From Prorocentrum cordatum (Eukaryota): a DNA stretch of 54,581 nt. The notes below the pieces were generated by a model that had not been told where the DNA came from, did not search any database, and worked only from the letters and a program-made list of their open reading frames with translations. The position numbers and the translations under genes are program-made. Positions 1-9,696 of the stretch are shown here, in pieces. Numbering within the stretch: the first letter of the stretch is position 1; every line of letters begins with the position of its first letter. The stretch is from positions 62,001-116,581 of the forward strand of contig CAUYUJ010000228.1 in assembly GCA_963575745.1 (NCBI GenBank). The letters run 5' to 3'.

Positions 1-569
1 GGCGCCCGACGCGCGCGAGACCGCGGCCGGCGGCCCCGCGGGGCCGAGCGCCGCGACGCGGCCCGCTGCGGGAGTCGGACTCAAAGGGTCCACGGAGGGG
101 GCGGAGGACGCGGAGGATATGCCATGCCCCCCCGCGCGTCTGACCTGGAACCCGGGACGCCCCCCATGGGAACGCCCGCATCGACGCGCGGGGGGCTTGC
201 AAGGGGCGAGGGAGGAGGCGGGGACGATGGCGGAGGAGAGATGGCCGAGGATGTCGGGAGAGAGCGGAGCGTCGCGCGTGGGAGGAAGGTGTGCGACCCC
301 CTTCGCCGTGGGGGTATCGCGGTCGACATCGAGCCTTCGCCCTCCTTCAACTCCTCTGCTTCGCCCCAGCACGCGCGCCCCGCCCCGCAGCCCTTTCAGG
401 TCAGGGGGGGCCCACCGCGCGCGCTGGCCTGCGCGGGAGCGGGATCTTGCCGCGCGCGGCCGAGGCGCCCGCCCCCTCCTCGAGCCCCCGGGGGCTCTCG
501 CTTCAGGCGAGCCCACGGCAGAGCGGGGGGGGCCCAGCTCTTTCGGGCGAGGCCCACCGCGGCGCCCCC

Positions 570-1110
570 ATGGCCCCGGGGCGAGTGGCCACGCTCGCGC
601 CCCCCGTGGCGGGCGCCTCGACCGGAGGGGCCGCGCAGGCCCTGCTCGACATCGCCCCGAGCGGCTCGGTCGTGTGCTACCAGGAGGTGGCCGGGACCGA
701 CGCGGGGCGCGAGCTCTTCTCGCAGGCGCACGTGCTCTTGGCCACCGTGCTGGGGGACGTGAGCGTCGAGGGGCGCGCCGTGGTTGGGCGACCCGGAGCA
801 TGCGGAGGCGCCCGCCCTGGCGGCGGAAGCCTTGGCGGTGAGCTGCGACGCCGACTACGGGCTGGCTCACTACGCGGCGGGCAAGGTCGGGCTGTGGGGC
901 GCGGGGTCGGCCTCCAACAAGGCCCACCGCACCAGGGCTGCCGAGCTGGCCGTGGCGATGGCGGCCTTCGCCGTCCCGCCGGAGGAGAAGAAGCTCGAGA
1001 CGGTCGAAGCTTTTGACCAGTCCACGGCGCGGAACTGGTTGAAGTTGGAGGAGGAGTTCGACCCCGCGGCCGCCGAGGGCATCGACGTGAAGGCCGACCG
1101 CAGCCCCAGC
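570..1110 (+). pseudogene. Degenerate, frameshifted gene fragment resembling an uncharacterised dinoflagellate protein domain
   Basis: Protein-like text in ORF 291..1016 (ELFSQAHVLLATVLGDVS) continues after a frameshift near 785 in ORF 784..1467 (DPEHAEAPALAA...GLWGAGSASNKAHRTRAAELAVAMAA). The resemblance is from recall, not a search. Confidence 0.35.
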
Positions 1111-1221
1111 GCCCCAGGGGGGGCGAGGGGCTCGGAAGCCTTGCCGCCCGGCTTGGCGGCGGCATTGGAGCAAGCGCGGGACTTTCAGAGGGCCGCCTTC
1201 TCCAAGGCTCCCTCCCGGCCT

Positions 1222-1640
1222 GGGATGGAGCCCAAGCCGAAGGGCGCTCCCCGCCGCCCGACTACCCCACCGCGGCGGGGCGAGGGGGGGCGAGAGGCGC
1301 GGGCAGGTCCCCAGCCCGTCTCCACAGCGGGAACAGCGCAGCCGCCGGCGGTCGCCAGCGGACCGCCAGCACCCCGCGCCCAGCGGCCGCCCCTCGGCAG
1401 GTGCTCGCAGCAGGTCGAGGCCTCGGATGGAGTCCCAGCCGAAGAGGGCCCCCCGCCACCCGACTAGCCCACCGCGGCGGGTCGGGGAGAGCGTGAAGCG
1501 CGGGCAGGCCCCCAGCCCGTCGCCGCCGCGGGAGCGGCGCAGCCGCCGGCGCACATCGGCGGACCGCCAGCGCGCCGCGCCCAGCGCCCGCCCAGCGCCC
1601 GCCCTCCGGCGGGCGCCCGCAGCAGGTCGGCGAGAGCCAG
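1222..1640 (+). repeat. Two diverged direct copies of a ~204-bp unit
   Basis: gatggagcccaagccgaagggcgctccccgccgcccgactaccccaccgcggcggg (~1223) vs gatggagtcccagccgaagagggccccccgccacccgactagcccaccgcggcggg (~1426). Confidence 0.8.
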
Positions 1641-1689
1641 CTGGGCCGTCGCGGGAGGCGAGGACACGCGGCGCGGGAGGAGTGAGAAG

Positions 1690-1910
1690 GCCAAGGTGAT
1701 GTGCCTCTCGCGCGCCCCCGCCGGCGCCGCAACGGAGGACGTGACGTTCGTCCTCGGTCGGTGCGGGCCCCTCGGGTACATCGGGTGGCTGCTCGATGCG
1801 CGGCGGAAGCAGGAGGGGGCGGCCCTGGTGGAGTTCGTCAGCGTCAGAGCTTCCGCTGGGGCAGCCGCGGCGAGGGCCCAGCACGAGATCGACGAGCGGT
1901 GCGTGTTCTG
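1690..1910 (+). pseudogene. Possible degenerate RRM (RNA recognition motif) fragment
   Basis: CLSRAPAGAATEDVTFVLGRCGPLGYIGWLLDARRKQEGAALVEF fits the RRM layout, with GAALVEF as an RNP1-like motif. Highly diverged. Confidence 0.3.
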
Positions 1911-3413
1911 TGAGGGGCGCGGCGACCCGCAGGTGCGGCTGAGGGGGTCCAGCGGGGCGCGGGCCCAGCACCCCTCGGATGGGGGGCACCCCAGCCGCGC
2001 CCCCCCCGTCGCATTCGGGCTGCGACGAGCAGCTCCGATGGAGCTCGGCGGCCGATCCCAACCCGGGAGGGGGGGTGGAAGTGCAGCCTCGGCGAGCGGG
2101 GCTGCTTCGGCGGCGCCCGCGAAGCGGGGCTGTGCCGTTGGCGCTGCCCGTCGTGCCGCGGGTCGATGTGCGACAACTGGTGCCTGCTGCCGGCCGCCAG
2201 CGACGACGAGTCCACCGGCGAGGAGGGCGAGGGGGCGAAGGAGGAGGAGGAGGTGGACACGCGCGAGCGGCCAGCCCGCGGGGCGGGTCGCGCGCGCCGC
2301 AGGAGAGGCGAGAGCGCGGGGGCAGCCCGCGAGCCGAGCCCCCGGCGCGGGCGGGCGCGCGGGGGTGGGCGGCCCCGGCGCACCGCCCCCTCCGCAGCAG
2401 GAGCCGCGGAGGGACGGGGGGGCGAGCGCGCAGCGCCAGCGACGAGAGGTCCCCGCTCCCCCGGGAGCGGCCGCCCAAGAAGCCCGGGGCCAACAAGGCG
2501 CGTGCCCCGCGCGGCGGCAAGCAGGCGTGGGAGAAGAACGAGCGGCGCCGCGAGCGCGAGTGCGCCGCCGCCGGCCAGCCGCGCACGCGCCCCGAGCCCC
2601 CCACGCGGGGAAGGCGCGCGGCAAGGGGCGGGGCCCCCGGCCTGACGCGCCCAGGAGGAGCTGAGGCGAGGGCGGGGGCCCCAGCCACCGCGGCTTGCCC
2701 ACCACGCGCTGCCTCCCTGCCATCGCGCGTGCACTTCTGCCCGTCAGGGGCACCTCGACGCGCAACGCCTTGCGCTGGACTTAAGCTCGGTTGGCGGGGG
2801 GTGCAGGTTACGCAGCTTGCCTTGGAACCCGAGCCTTGGGGCCCCCCTGCCGCCGCTGCCCTCGGGCCAGCAGGTGGCGTAGGATTTTGGCGCGGCCGGC
2901 GGGGGGTGGTCGCGCAGCCTGCCCTGGAACCCGAGCCTTGGGGTTCTCCCTGCCGCCGTTGCCCTCGAGCCAGCAGTAGGCTCTCTGCCTCCAGGGCAGC
3001 GTGAGGGCGAGGTCGAGCCTTGCTCCGAGCTCCCGCGGAAGGGGCGCAGCAGCTCGGGGCGTGCCACGCGGGGGCCAGTGTTACCTCGAGCCCCCGCGGG
3101 CTGACGGACACGTTGACTTACGCGCTGTCGCGCGTCGCCGGCTCGCTTTTGCGCCCGCGCACTGCCTGTGCGCGGGCGCGTTCGACCGCGGCACCTCACT
3201 TCTTTTCTTTGGCGCTGCGGGGTGGTCTTGATCCCGCGACGCCTGCAGCGCGGGCGTGGGGGGGCAATGCAAGGGCGGGCCAGGGCCTAGCCCGCGAGGC
3301 GGGGCCGGCTAGCCCCGCTTGCCGCCCCTCACGACCCGTCTCGCGCCGGCACTCGCGCCGGCGCGCTTCCCTCTCTGCCAGCACCGTCGGCATTGAGGGC
3401 TTTTTCTGGGACT

Positions 3414-3820
3414 GGGCCTGGGGGCCGCGCTGCGGGCCTGAAGGCGACCTGCGGCCGGCCGGGCAAAATGTCCCTCTCTCTCGTCCTCGTCCTGCCTCGT
3501 CCTCCCTCCCCTTCCTCTCGCTTTGCGCACGCAGGCGCGCACTGAACTTACTAGTCTGGCCTAGTGAAGACTGTGCGTTCAGTGGAGGGCAAGGGCGCTT
3601 CATTTTGGTCTCTGAGCTGCGGGCTCGAGACGAGTTGCCCGCCCGCCCGCAATCTCGCTCCCGCGCGCGGCCCTGCCCCCGAAGGGGGGCCTGGGGGCCG
3701 CGCTGCGGGCCTGAAGGCGACCTGCGGCCGCCCGGGCAAAATGTCCCCTTCTCTCTCGTCCTCGTCCTGCCTCGTCTTCCCTCCCCTTCCTCCCCTTCTG
3801 TCGCTTAGCGCACGCAGGCA
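3414..3820 (+). repeat. Direct repeat pair of ~130 bp
   Basis: gggcctgggggccgcgctgcgggcctgaaggcgacctgcggccg...gggcaaaatgtccc at ~3414 and ~3687. Confidence 0.85.
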
Positions 3821-5107
3821 CGCTCTTGACACATTGTGTGGCTGCTGGGCGGAGGTCACTGCCTTCGCGACGTCTTTCAAAGCAAGGTGGGGATTTGCCG
3901 TCTACACATTTTTCTTGTTGAGCTTGTGACGTCTTTGTTTGCATAATGAAACCTTTGCGCTCACCGCTGTTTTACGGCCGCTGGTGGTTCGTGGAGATTT
4001 CTGTGCCGACCCTGGGGCGATCCGCGAAAACAGTATTGGTCTGAGCGTGCCCTTTCCTGTGCGCCCCGCGCGCCTCGTTTTGCTTTGGCTGCGGTTTGTG
4101 CTTGCAGAGTGTATCGCGCGAATTCCCCATCCTCCCACACGCCTGCTCCTCGCCCGCGCTTGGCAATGACCGGGATTGCTGTCGGGCTCGTGTGAGCGAA
4201 GCGGACTGTTGACACAGCGCAGGCGGGCCCGGTGCAGTGGGGGAAGCAGGCTGCCAGGCGGCGTGGGCCTGCGCAGCTGGGCGCAGCACGGATGCACTTT
4301 GATCGCGGTCCACATCAGGAAAAGCGGGCGCCGCGGCAGGCACTTGCGCCTGATCACTTCCAGGCAGGCGGCCGTGTAGGACGGTTCGCAGAGCCACCCC
4401 GACTTCATTGGATCCTTCTTTTGTTTTCTATGCTCCTTCCGTTCTGTTGAACCAGGAGCCCCCGGCGCACTTGACTGCGATCCCAGCGTTCGGCCGCGCG
4501 GCCAAAGAGGGCCACGGGAAGGGCATTCCTGGGCAGTGGCTGGGAACCTAACTCCGTGCAACAAACGCTGGACCTCAAAACGCGACTGGCGCCGCAACGC
4601 AAAAAGGAAACGCGCCAGTTTCCAAGCACAGGGCGCGGACAGTTCAAAGTCCCCCCGAGGTGGCGGGCCCGTGGGCGCTGCATGAGCGCGCAGGACCTAT
4701 CTGAGCCGTGGCATGGGCGTCTTTGGGGCCTTCGGAGGAGTTCGCGAGCGCTAGGGAGCCGGCGGGAACCATGGCATTCCTGTGTTGACATGGGCTGCGG
4801 TGCCCGCTCACGGGAAAACTCTCCTGGCAGAGATGCCCGACAGAAAAGACACGGAAGGGGGCGTGCCGCTCCCCGTCAACGCGGCAGTGTTTGTTTCCGG
4901 CAAGGAGACACCAGGATTTTCAGAAAGGGAATGGGGACATGGGTTCGTAGCCCCGTGAATCAGACGAGCGACAGGCCACGATGAGGACGTTCCACGAGTA
5001 ACGAGGGCCGCTGAATACTTTTGGGAATCCTGAAACGTATCCAGATCCTATCATTACCTCGTTTCGGTCCTTGAGAAGCGTGGTAATCCACAAGTCCGAG
5101 GAGTTCA

Positions 5108-5224
5108 GGGGGAGGAGGAGGAGGAGGAGGAGGAGGAGGAGGAAGAGGAGCAGGAGGAGGAGGAGGAGGAGGGGGAGGAGGAGGAAGAGGAGGAGGAGGA
5201 GGAGGAGGAGGAGGAGGGGGAGGA
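5108..5224 (+). repeat. (GGA)n microsatellite; flank at the 3' end of the outer retroelement
   Basis: Direct reading. Confidence 0.95.
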
Positions 5225-5313
5225 TTTTTTTTGGCTCCACGCCCTCCCCTGGGTCCTTTAAAGGGATCTGACACCTGCTGCAACGAGGCAGTGCAGCAGG
5301 CCTGTGGATAAAA

Positions 5314-7260
5314 TTAGGCATACGTGTTGAAGCACTGCATAATATTGCCGACATCAACCGTGACACCCGCTTCCTGCTGCCTGTAATGCGGGTGTTTGCC
5401 TTTGCACAGGGCTTCCCAGCCGTACTTCGCTGCGCGCGGCGGAGGCGGCTGGCACTTGGCGGCTGACCCGCGGACAGAGGCTCCACTGGAAAGCGCCTTG
5501 CACCTAGTGCAAATAAACAAAACCGAGCCATCAGAGCAGTCGAACGCAATCGTGCGGTGCTCGAGGGCGTCCTGACTGGAGCCGAGAAACCTGAGAACAG
5601 ACCTGGCAAGGGCCTACTCTGAGATCGCTTGCTCTGAGGCAAACAGCACAGCGCCACACTCCAGACCACATTTCCCAGCGATGCCCTGCGGTCGCAGCGG
5701 CAGCGGCATGCGGGGCAGGAGTTCGTCCTACCTCGGAGAGGTCCAAGGTAGGCCACACATGCAAAACATAGACCGCCAGCCTGATAGTCTGGCGTGCCTG
5801 CGTGACAAGCTTACCAGCAGCCGCTAGCTTGTCTGGACACGACGGATGTAGATGCACTGCGTGCTTGGCTGCCGCGTCCGCATGATGGTTGCCGAGGCGC
5901 CTCCAGCGCTCAGCAGCGTCGGTCCCCGCCTCGTCCAGCTCCTTGTGAGCTGCGACTTTAGTGCACGTGGAAGGCGAGATACCTTGGGCATAGAGTTGGA
6001 GGAAAGCCCCAGAGTAGGCCCTCTTCCCACACAGCTGCTCGGCCTTGGGCCGACAGGCTAGATTGACCACGTTGCTGCACTCAGAGAAAACATCTATGCA
6101 GGCCGACGCGATCACATTGGCCCAAGTCCAGCAGCTGAACTCGGCCGACTGAGGCGTCTGAGGATATGGGGCCCACACTGGGGCCCGAATCTCGGCGACG
6201 GCCGACCCTTGGTCGCCGACCATCACCACACTGCAGCCAGCCCTGGAGAGCTCCCGAACAGAGTGACGGCTGCTAGACCCGCCAATGAAAACGCTACCCC
6301 AAACTTCAATGCCAGGCTTAGCCCCAGAGGGCGACGAAATATCTTGGTGGTGCCACACAAGAAACGGGCCATTGCCAGTCTCAGTGAGGGGCCTGGGGTG
6401 CCCATCGGCGGGGTGGCGGAAAGCTCCAGATATAATCACGAACACAGCTTCCTCGTCGTCCTTAGCTGCTAAGGCTTCGGCTACAGTACTAGCGTCAACT
6501 AGAGGAGATCTAAGCTCAGCCACTGGCTCGTGGGGGCACTCCCACAACCTGTGGAAGATCGTGCCCGGGGCGCCGCAGAACGGGCAACTGCCGTCCACGA
6601 GGTAGCCTAAGCTCACAGCACGGTCTCCAGTGAAAAAGGCTTCGGTGGCGAACGCTCTAATGTGGACCTTCTGGAGGGTCGTGTATTTCTTGGAGGCCAG
6701 GGCCTCGCGCAGCACATCATAGCATATCCTCAGGGAAAACCCAAACCCCAAGAGTAGGCCCCAGTCTGGGCCAGCCAGGTCTCCTTGGACCAACGGAGGA
6801 TGGGGGCGGTGGCAGTGCGCCAGCACGGATCATAGTCGAGCAGAGCCGCCGTCGTCAGGGATCTCAGCTGAGATCTAGGTCGGACCACCGAGAAAACTTG
6901 ACGACGGAGGCGAAGCAACTCGAGGTCGCTAGTGCCAGTAATTTCAGCGCCATAAGAAGCACCCGCGAGGGGCCCCGAGGAGAACACCTTAAGAACCTGC
7001 TGCCGAGAGGTGACTTTAATCTGACGCTTTAATCTCTTGGCCGCCCTCACAGACTTGGCGATACGCATTTTGGACTTCACCGAGCGCCCCGCCACCCTAA
7101 GCGCGCGGCCAGCCGTGTAGTGAACGCCTAAGTTGACAGCACTCGGCGTAAAATTACCTCCTAAATGCTCAACAGAAACCTCACCCCCAAGGGCCTTCGA
7201 GGAAGCGACAACAGCGGTCTTACCCAGGGCGAGGGAGCAACCGAAACAAGACTCAACGAT
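5314..7260 (-). pseudogene. Outer ORF2, 3' part: RT thumb, CxxC zinc-binding motif, RNase H-like domain and Cys/His tail (frameshifted)
   Basis: GCSLALGKTAVVAS...NLGVHY (RT domains 6-7). CPFCG...HRLWEC. RNase H pattern VFIGGSS / QTPQSAE / VFSECSNVV / KVAAH / GNHHADAAAK, with two catalytic Asp positions substituted. Frame breaks near 6770 and 5530. Confidence 0.8.
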
Positions 7261-7297
7261 GCCGTAGCCATTTTGGCTCAAGCCATTTTGGCTCAAG
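7261..7297 (+). other. Genomic copy of the dinoflagellate spliced leader (22 nt) followed by a 15-nt relic SL
   Basis: GCCGTAGCCATTTTGGCTCAAG (7261-7282) then CCATTTTGGCTCAAG (7283-7297); exact match to the DinoSL consensus. Confidence 0.97.
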
Positions 7298-7337
7298 CCG
7301 CCCGGCAGCGCGCCCGCCGGTGCCCCCGGCGCCAGCC

Positions 7338-8481
7338 ATGGCTTCCTCGAGCGATGATGAGCCCCTCGTGGCGCTCCCCCGCCCGGCGGGCCCCGGCCCG
7401 GCGCCCGCCCCCGGGGACGCGCCTGGCCGCCGTGTCCGGCCCGGCGGGCTTGGCCGGGGCCGGCCGCCAACGACAACGGCGCGCGCGGCGCTTGAGGCGC
7501 GGAGTCGGCATTCTCTCCACGTAAGAGACCATGGGCCAATCACTTCGGAGGCCATGGGTGATGCCCACCGAGCGACTGGTGTTAAGCCCCTTCAGACGTT
7601 TGTTTATTTTGTCAAGCAGAGGTCCCGTGGTACAGGGGATACCCGCATTGGTAACGTGAGTAGCCCCTTCTTTTGTGAAAATGGTGAGCCCCTTACCTTT
7701 GAACGGGCCTTGGCGGGGGTCAACACCCACGACGCCTCTAAGGAAGATGATTTATTTTTTGCAGCATCTGACCTTTGCGTAGCCCTCGGAGCGGCCACTC
7801 CCACTGAACGGATAGCAGTCCACATTTGGTCACAATATACTCGTAGTGCACAGTTCGTATCGTGTGTTGCGACTGCCGCCAGAGACCCTCATGTCAGTGC
7901 GATCGCTAATGTGGGACACAAAGCGTTAGAAGCCGTGCTTTCATCAGCGTGCTTGGATGGTCCGTGCCTTCCTCGTAAGATCCTTCCTAACGGTAGGTCG
8001 AAGACCCCAAACATAGATGCAGGTCAGCAAACTGCTGGATCTATGGGCGGTCTGCTGCGGGCCTTGCAAGTAGCCGCCGTGCGTTGCCTGGCTGACAGAC
8101 CCAAAGCCAGCCAGCTGGGCAGAGGTCAAAGGTCTGTGCCGGGTCTTACAGGCACGCAACCTCATGCCCAATCATTGCGCGATTGCGCTACACCTGGCAG
8201 GCTTAGCCGATTTGTCAGATTTCTCAGCGGCTGAGCCCACAATGGAAGGCACGAACACCCGTCTAGCATTGAGCATCTTAGATGAGGACGCTGCTGCAAG
8301 GGAACTCAATCTCACGGCCCCGGAGGGGCGGCTCTTGATCCGGATCCTGGCCTGCCAGTGGTGGGTAGTCTGCTCGGCGGTGTATTTTGGAGCCTCGACC
8401 GCTTGGAGATTTGAATCCCGGCTGCATGCAGATTCTGTGCGCCTCGCTGAGGCTTGCAAGGGCAAGCGCAAAAGGTCCTGA
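7338..8481 (+). pseudogene. ORF0: intronless unknown protein (~380 aa) with one probable frameshift near 8080
   Basis: ATG in a gccagccATGg context 40 nt after the relic SL. Frame 1 is open to 8234. An overlapping frame (...AWLTDPKPASWAEVKGLCRVLQARNLMPNHCAIAL...KGKRKRS) is open from ~8074 to 8481. Confidence 0.6.
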
Positions 8482-8542
8482 CCGTGCTTGGCCTGCAGAA
8501 AAGTTGGAGGAAAAGCGCTCCCCACCGGCCTCAGGGGTGTGG

Positions 8543-8590
8543 TGGGCGAATTTCTGACGTTAAGGGCCCTTAACGTCAGAAATTCGCCCA
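8543..8590. repeat. Perfect 48-bp palindrome with no spacer
   Basis: tgggcgaatttctgacgttaaggg|cccttaacgtcagaaattcgccca. Confidence 0.97.
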
Positions 8591-8798
8591 GGGGACTTGC
8601 CCCGCGGTGAATTTCTGTCGTCTTGAGCTTTTTAACATCAGGTAACTGCCCCGGGCATCCTTGAGGCGCACCCGTGCCTTGTGCCGTGATTTGTCGCTTA
8701 TCTAATTGGTCATGCAGTACCTCGTTGCAGTCGTGTTTGCAGAGTCGCCGGCCGTCTGTCGGGCAGCCTCCGGCTGGCCCGGGAGGGGGGTGGGGCCG

Positions 8799-8799
<1 letters not shown>

Positions 8800-8889
<90 letters not shown>
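8800..8889 (+). repeat. (GTC)n microsatellite
   Basis: Direct reading. Confidence 0.95.
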
Positions 8890-9336
8890 GGTGCCCCGCC
8901 GTTGCTGCTGCCGCCGTCGTCGGTGTTCTTATCCAGCCACTTGCGCTGACGCATGCAAGCAGTTTGCATTCACCACGATCGGGGATCCTCTCGGTGTGCA
9001 CTTGATGTGATGGGGGTGTTTCTGTGTTTGCAAGCTCGGCTTCTCTGCCGTTCTATGGGACGATCAGGCATGGGGCAGAGAGCGTCGCCAAATTTGTCCA
9101 CCCCTCCTGGTTCTCCTTGGCCCCCTCCCTCCTTCCCTCCCCGCCCTGCTCCCCGCTCTCTCTCCCCCCCCTGTCTCTCCGTTACCTTGTCACCACCGCC
9201 GCTCCATCATCATTGATTCGTGGAGAGCGTGGGCGGGAGTGCGAGTCACGGCTTGTAGCACTCGTTTTGTTGGACGTCTTCGTCTGCAGCAGCGAGCTCA
9301 CCTCTGGCCTGGGAGGGGGCGGGTGTCCTCGGCGTT

Positions 9337-9357
9337 GTCGTCGTCGTCGTCGTCGTC

Positions 9358-9425
<68 letters not shown>
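9337..9425 (+). repeat. (GTC)n microsatellite
   Basis: Direct reading. Confidence 0.95.
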
Positions 9426-9429
<4 letters not shown>

Positions 9430-9696
9430 CGTGCCCCTGGGGGAGCTCTACCTTTCGTGGGCGTTCCGCTAATCTTGTCCCCATGCCTGTTTGTTGCTGC
9501 TTTCGACCGTTGTTGTACACCGCGCGGTGCCCTCCCCCCCACCCCCGTACCTGCTGTCCGGCCGCCCTCGCTGGGCGTGCGCGGGGAGGAGGTCGGGTTT
9601 GCTCCCGCGCCCCGTGTTGCCTCCGCTGTCCTTTTTCGGCCCAGCGGCCACGAGGGTAGGACGCCCTGGCGCCGCTTCGGCTGGGCCGTCGCGCCC

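Noticed and set aside
1464..3004. Multiple overlapping 300-430-aa ORFs
   Set aside because: These are expected from stop-codon scarcity at very high GC; only the RRM-like fragment is retained.
5225..5240. Plus-strand relic SL (ttttggctc)
   Set aside because: It matches only 9 nt and is better explained as the oligo(A) end of the outer element; kept as a complementarity finding.
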